Source: Blastocatellia bacterium (GTDB taxonomy: Bacteria > Acidobacteriota > Blastocatellia > UBA7656). Taken from it: a stretch of 64,000 nucleotides of DNA. The stretch is taken from NCBI GenBank assembly GCA_963765495.1, contig CAVXWP010000016.1:128001-192000 (forward strand), in the 5' to 3' direction. A program made the position numbers and the translations under genes. The notes under the pieces are model-generated. The model had not been told where the DNA came from. It saw nothing but the letters and a program-made list of their open reading frames with translations, and made no database searches. Below are positions 61,476-64,000 of the stretch, in pieces; position 1 is the first letter of the stretch; each line of letters begins with the position of its first letter.

Positions 61476-62930
61476 CTGTTGGGCCAGTTCTTCCCACTCC
61501 GTGTGGATAGGCTCGCCGCCGGGCTGATCCAGGCGCTGATAGGTGTGCGAGCCGAAGAAGTCGCGCTGCGCCTGCGTGAGGTTCAGCGGGAGGTTGGCCG
61601 TGCGATAGGCATCGAAATAGGCAAGGCTTGCAGACATTGCCGTCGCCGGAATGCCGCGCGATTGCGCTATGGTGACCGCCTGCCGCCAGCGCGGCTGCGC
61701 GTCGAGCACCCACGCCTTGAAATCATCGTCGAGCAGGAGGTTTGGCAGGTCGGGCCGGCGCTGATAGGCCTGCTTGATCTTGTCGAGGAACTGAGCCCGG
61801 ATGATGCATCCGCCTTTCCATATGCGGCTCACTTCGCCGAGATTTATGTCCCAGCCGTACTCCTCCGCGCCCCTGCGAATCACATTCATGCCTTGCGCGT
61901 AAGAGCAAATCTTCGACGCATAAAGCGCATCGTGAACCGCCTTTATAAACTCGTCGCGGTCGCCCGTATACTCGCTCACGTCGGGGCCGGGCAGATGTTT
62001 GCTCGCTTCGACGCGCTCGTCCTTGCGCATCGAAAGCACGCGCATATCGACCGCCGCCTGCATGGTCGGAATCACAATGCCCAGATTTAGCGCGACCTCA
62101 GATGTCCATCGCCCGGTTCCCTTCTGCGCCGCCGCGTCGAGTATCTGATCTACGAGCGGCTTGCCCGTTTGGGGATCGTTTACCGTAAAAATCTTTGCGG
62201 TGATTTCGATGAGGAACGAGTTGAGCGGGCCTTCATTCCATTTTGAGAACACCTCGGCAAGTTCCGGGGCCTGCATTCCGAGCACGTTTCTGAGAAGGTC
62301 GTAGCCTTCGGCTATAAGCTCCATATCGCCGTACTCGATGCCGTTGTGAACCATCTTGACGAAATGGCCTGCGCCGTCCGATCCGATATAGGTGACGCAC
62401 GGGCCGTCATCGACCTGCGCGGCTATCTTTTCCCAGATGGGTCTAAGATTTTCGTAGGCTTCGCGGTCCCCGCCCGGCATAAGCGACGGTCCCCACAGAG
62501 CGCCTTTCTCTCCGCCCGACACGCCGCAGCCTATAAAGTTGAAGCCTTCGGCCTTTAGGTCTTTTTCGCGCCTTCGAGTGTTCTCGAAGAAAGAGTTGCC
62601 TCCGTCAATGATGATGTCGCCCTGTTCGAGATGGGGCTTGAGTTGCTCGATTACGGCATCGACGGCCCCGCCCGCCTTGACCAGAAGGATGATCTTGCGC
62701 GGTTTCTCAAGCGAATTGACAAACTCTTCGATTGAGTAAGCGCCTATAACCTGCTGGCCTTCGGCATGGCTCTGGGCGCGGTTGAGGAACTTGTCTACCT
62801 TTGTCGTATCACGGTTGTAAACTGCTATAGGGTATCCGTTGCGCGCGATGTTCAGCGCGAGGTTTTCTCCCATCACGGCCAGTCCAACCATTCCTATTTT
62901 TGCTAGTTCAGCTTTGGTCGTTGCACTCAT
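61473..62930 (-). CDS. gnd: NADP-dependent 6-phosphogluconate dehydrogenase
   Basis: GLAVMGENLALN, YNR, IIDGGN, VSGGEKGA, KMVHNGIEYG, QKGTG, WKGGCIIRA, QAQRDFFGSH. Confidence 0.96.
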   Translation of the reverse strand: MSATTKAELAKIGMVGLAVMGENLALNIARNGYPIAVYNRDTTKVDKFLNRAQSHAEGQQVIGAYSIEEFVNSLEKPRKIILLVKAGGAVDAVIEQLKPHLEQGDIIIDGGNSFFENTRRREKDLKAEGFNFIGCGVSGGEKGALWGPSLMPGGDREAYENLRPIWEKIAAQVDDGPCVTYIGSDGAGHFVKMVHNGIEYGDMELIAEGYDLLRNVLGMQAPELAEVFSKWNEGPLNSFLIEITAKIFTVNDPQTGKPLVDQILDAAAQKGTGRWTSEVALNLGIVIPTMQAAVDMRVLSMRKDERVEASKHLPGPDVSEYTGDRDEFIKAVHDALYASKICSYAQGMNVIRRGAEEYGWDINLGEVSRIWKGGCIIRAQFLDKIKQAYQRRPDLPNLLLDDDFKAWVLDAQPRWRQAVTIAQSRGIPATAMSASLAYFDAYRTANLPLNLTQAQRDFFGSHTYQRLDQPGGEPIHTEWEELAQQ

Positions 62931-63070
62931 GTGTTCTACCTCTGTGCCAAATGTGGCAATCTATAGTTAAAGACGCGCCTACCGGGGGCGCAGGATAAAT
63001 CATCGCTACCCAGAAAATCAGGGCGATAATCGCTTGAAATAACTCAGTGTTTCAATCTCTAATGCGCTCA

Positions 63071-63195
63071 CGTAATTCGTGAATCGTGAATCGTGATGCG
63101 TGAATCGTGAATCGTGATTCGTGACTTTTAGGCGGGTTGCAGGTTAAAGACAACTTGCAAGCCCGGTCAATCACGCATCACGCATCACGCATCAC
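63071..63195. repeat. Family A element (copy 4); supplies the last codons and stop of pgl
   Basis: (cgtgaat/cgtgatg)n-cttttaggcgggttgcaggttaaagacaacttgcaagcccggtc-aatcacgcatcacgcatcacgcatcac. Confidence 0.88.
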
Positions 63196-63997
63196 TTTTC
63201 GTCTCGCTCAACTGGCTGGCGGCGGCTTCGTCCACCATCCAGAGCAGCGACCCGTTGCGCGGACGAATCATCTGGCTTGGATATAGGTCAGGCTGATACG
63301 GCCCTTCGAGCACGGCCTTGAGCGTTTCGGCCTTATCGCCTCCTCCGGCGACAAACGTCACATTGCGCGCATTGTTGATCGTGGCCGCCGTCAGGGTGAT
63401 TCGATATGCGTCGAACTTCTCTACAAAATTGGATACGGCGATCTGCTCGCCCGCGTGTAGAGCGGTCGTTCCCGGGAAAAGCGATGCCGTGTGCCCGTCA
63501 GGCCCCATCCCCAGAAACACCAGGTCGAATCGGGGCAGCAGGGCGAGCGGCGCGGTCCCGGTTCGCGAGGCTCCCGCGCCAGTCAGGAAAAAATTTCTGA
63601 GCGTGGTCGAATACTCTTCCGCCGCCGCTTCGTGGTCTTCCATCTCGGCCGGGATTCGAAATACGTTCTCTTCGGGGATCGCTACTTTTGAAAGCAGCGT
63701 CTCACGCGCCATGCGGTAATTGCTGTCCTGATGATCGGGCGGCACGCATCTTTCATCGCCCCAGAAGAAATAGATCGACGACCAGGGAACCGTTTCCGCA
63801 TAAGGCTCGGCGGCAAGCAGCGAAAACATCGCTCGCGGAGTAGAGCCGCCCGAAAGGGCCACGGTGAAATGACCGCAGCCGATCACATACTGGTCGGCCA
63901 GCCGCGCAAACGCCCGCGCAGCCTTAAGGGCCAGCTCGTTTGCGTCGCGGTAGACGCGCACCTGCGCATCGCTTTTGTTCAGCATCTTTGTTGACAT
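63185..63997 (-). CDS. pgl: 6-phosphogluconolactonase
   Basis: ALSGGSTP, FWGDERCVPPDHQDSNY, LGMGPDGHTASLFP, RITLT. Confidence 0.94.
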   Translation of the reverse strand: MSTKMLNKSDAQVRVYRDANELALKAARAFARLADQYVIGCGHFTVALSGGSTPRAMFSLLAAEPYAETVPWSSIYFFWGDERCVPPDHQDSNYRMARETLLSKVAIPEENVFRIPAEMEDHEAAAEEYSTTLRNFFLTGAGASRTGTAPLALLPRFDLVFLGMGPDGHTASLFPGTTALHAGEQIAVSNFVEKFDAYRITLTAATINNARNVTFVAGGGDKAETLKAVLEGPYQPDLYPSQMIRPRNGSLLWMVDEAAASQLSETKSDA

Positions 63998-64000
63998 ACT

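Overview
Bacterial chromosomal window of roughly 55% GC by eye. Gene content is compatible with an Acidobacteriota (Blastocatellia-like) genome; this is inference only. 1-31 kb is mostly housekeeping: GNAT, M64 peptidase, dut, a frameshifted alaS, a XylR-type sigma54 activator driving STAS-EmrAB, PilZ/recX/pilT, an HD-GYP/methyltransferase-like fusion, UvrD, desaturase, ROK kinase, ABC exporter, FKBP, gltA and malic enzyme. The main candidate system spans about 33.5-57.5 kb. It holds six multiheme proteins with 42 c-type heme motifs counted by eye: a cytochrome c3-beta-barrel fusion, a decaheme LVIVD beta-propeller, a tetraheme, an octaheme, a nonaheme, and an FHA-heptaheme-ferredoxin-flavoreductase fusion. 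It also encodes a cNMP-binding/4x[4Fe-4S]/di-heme-b membrane protein, a class II cNMP phosphodiesterase and an FHA-GAF-adenylate cyclase. Two MscS-cNMP channels converge on the cluster as the last genes of the NADPH-generating pgl-gnd-zwf-opcA-glk run. This reads as a cAMP- and phosphothreonine-regulated, NAD(P)H-linked electron conduit across the envelope. A second, non-coding signal is about 15 intergenic inverted arrays of short (mostly 7-bp) tandem repeats in several sequence families. Nearly all sit at gene 3' ends, and eight overlap a stop codon. No rRNA, tRNA, CRISPR array or transposase was recognised.
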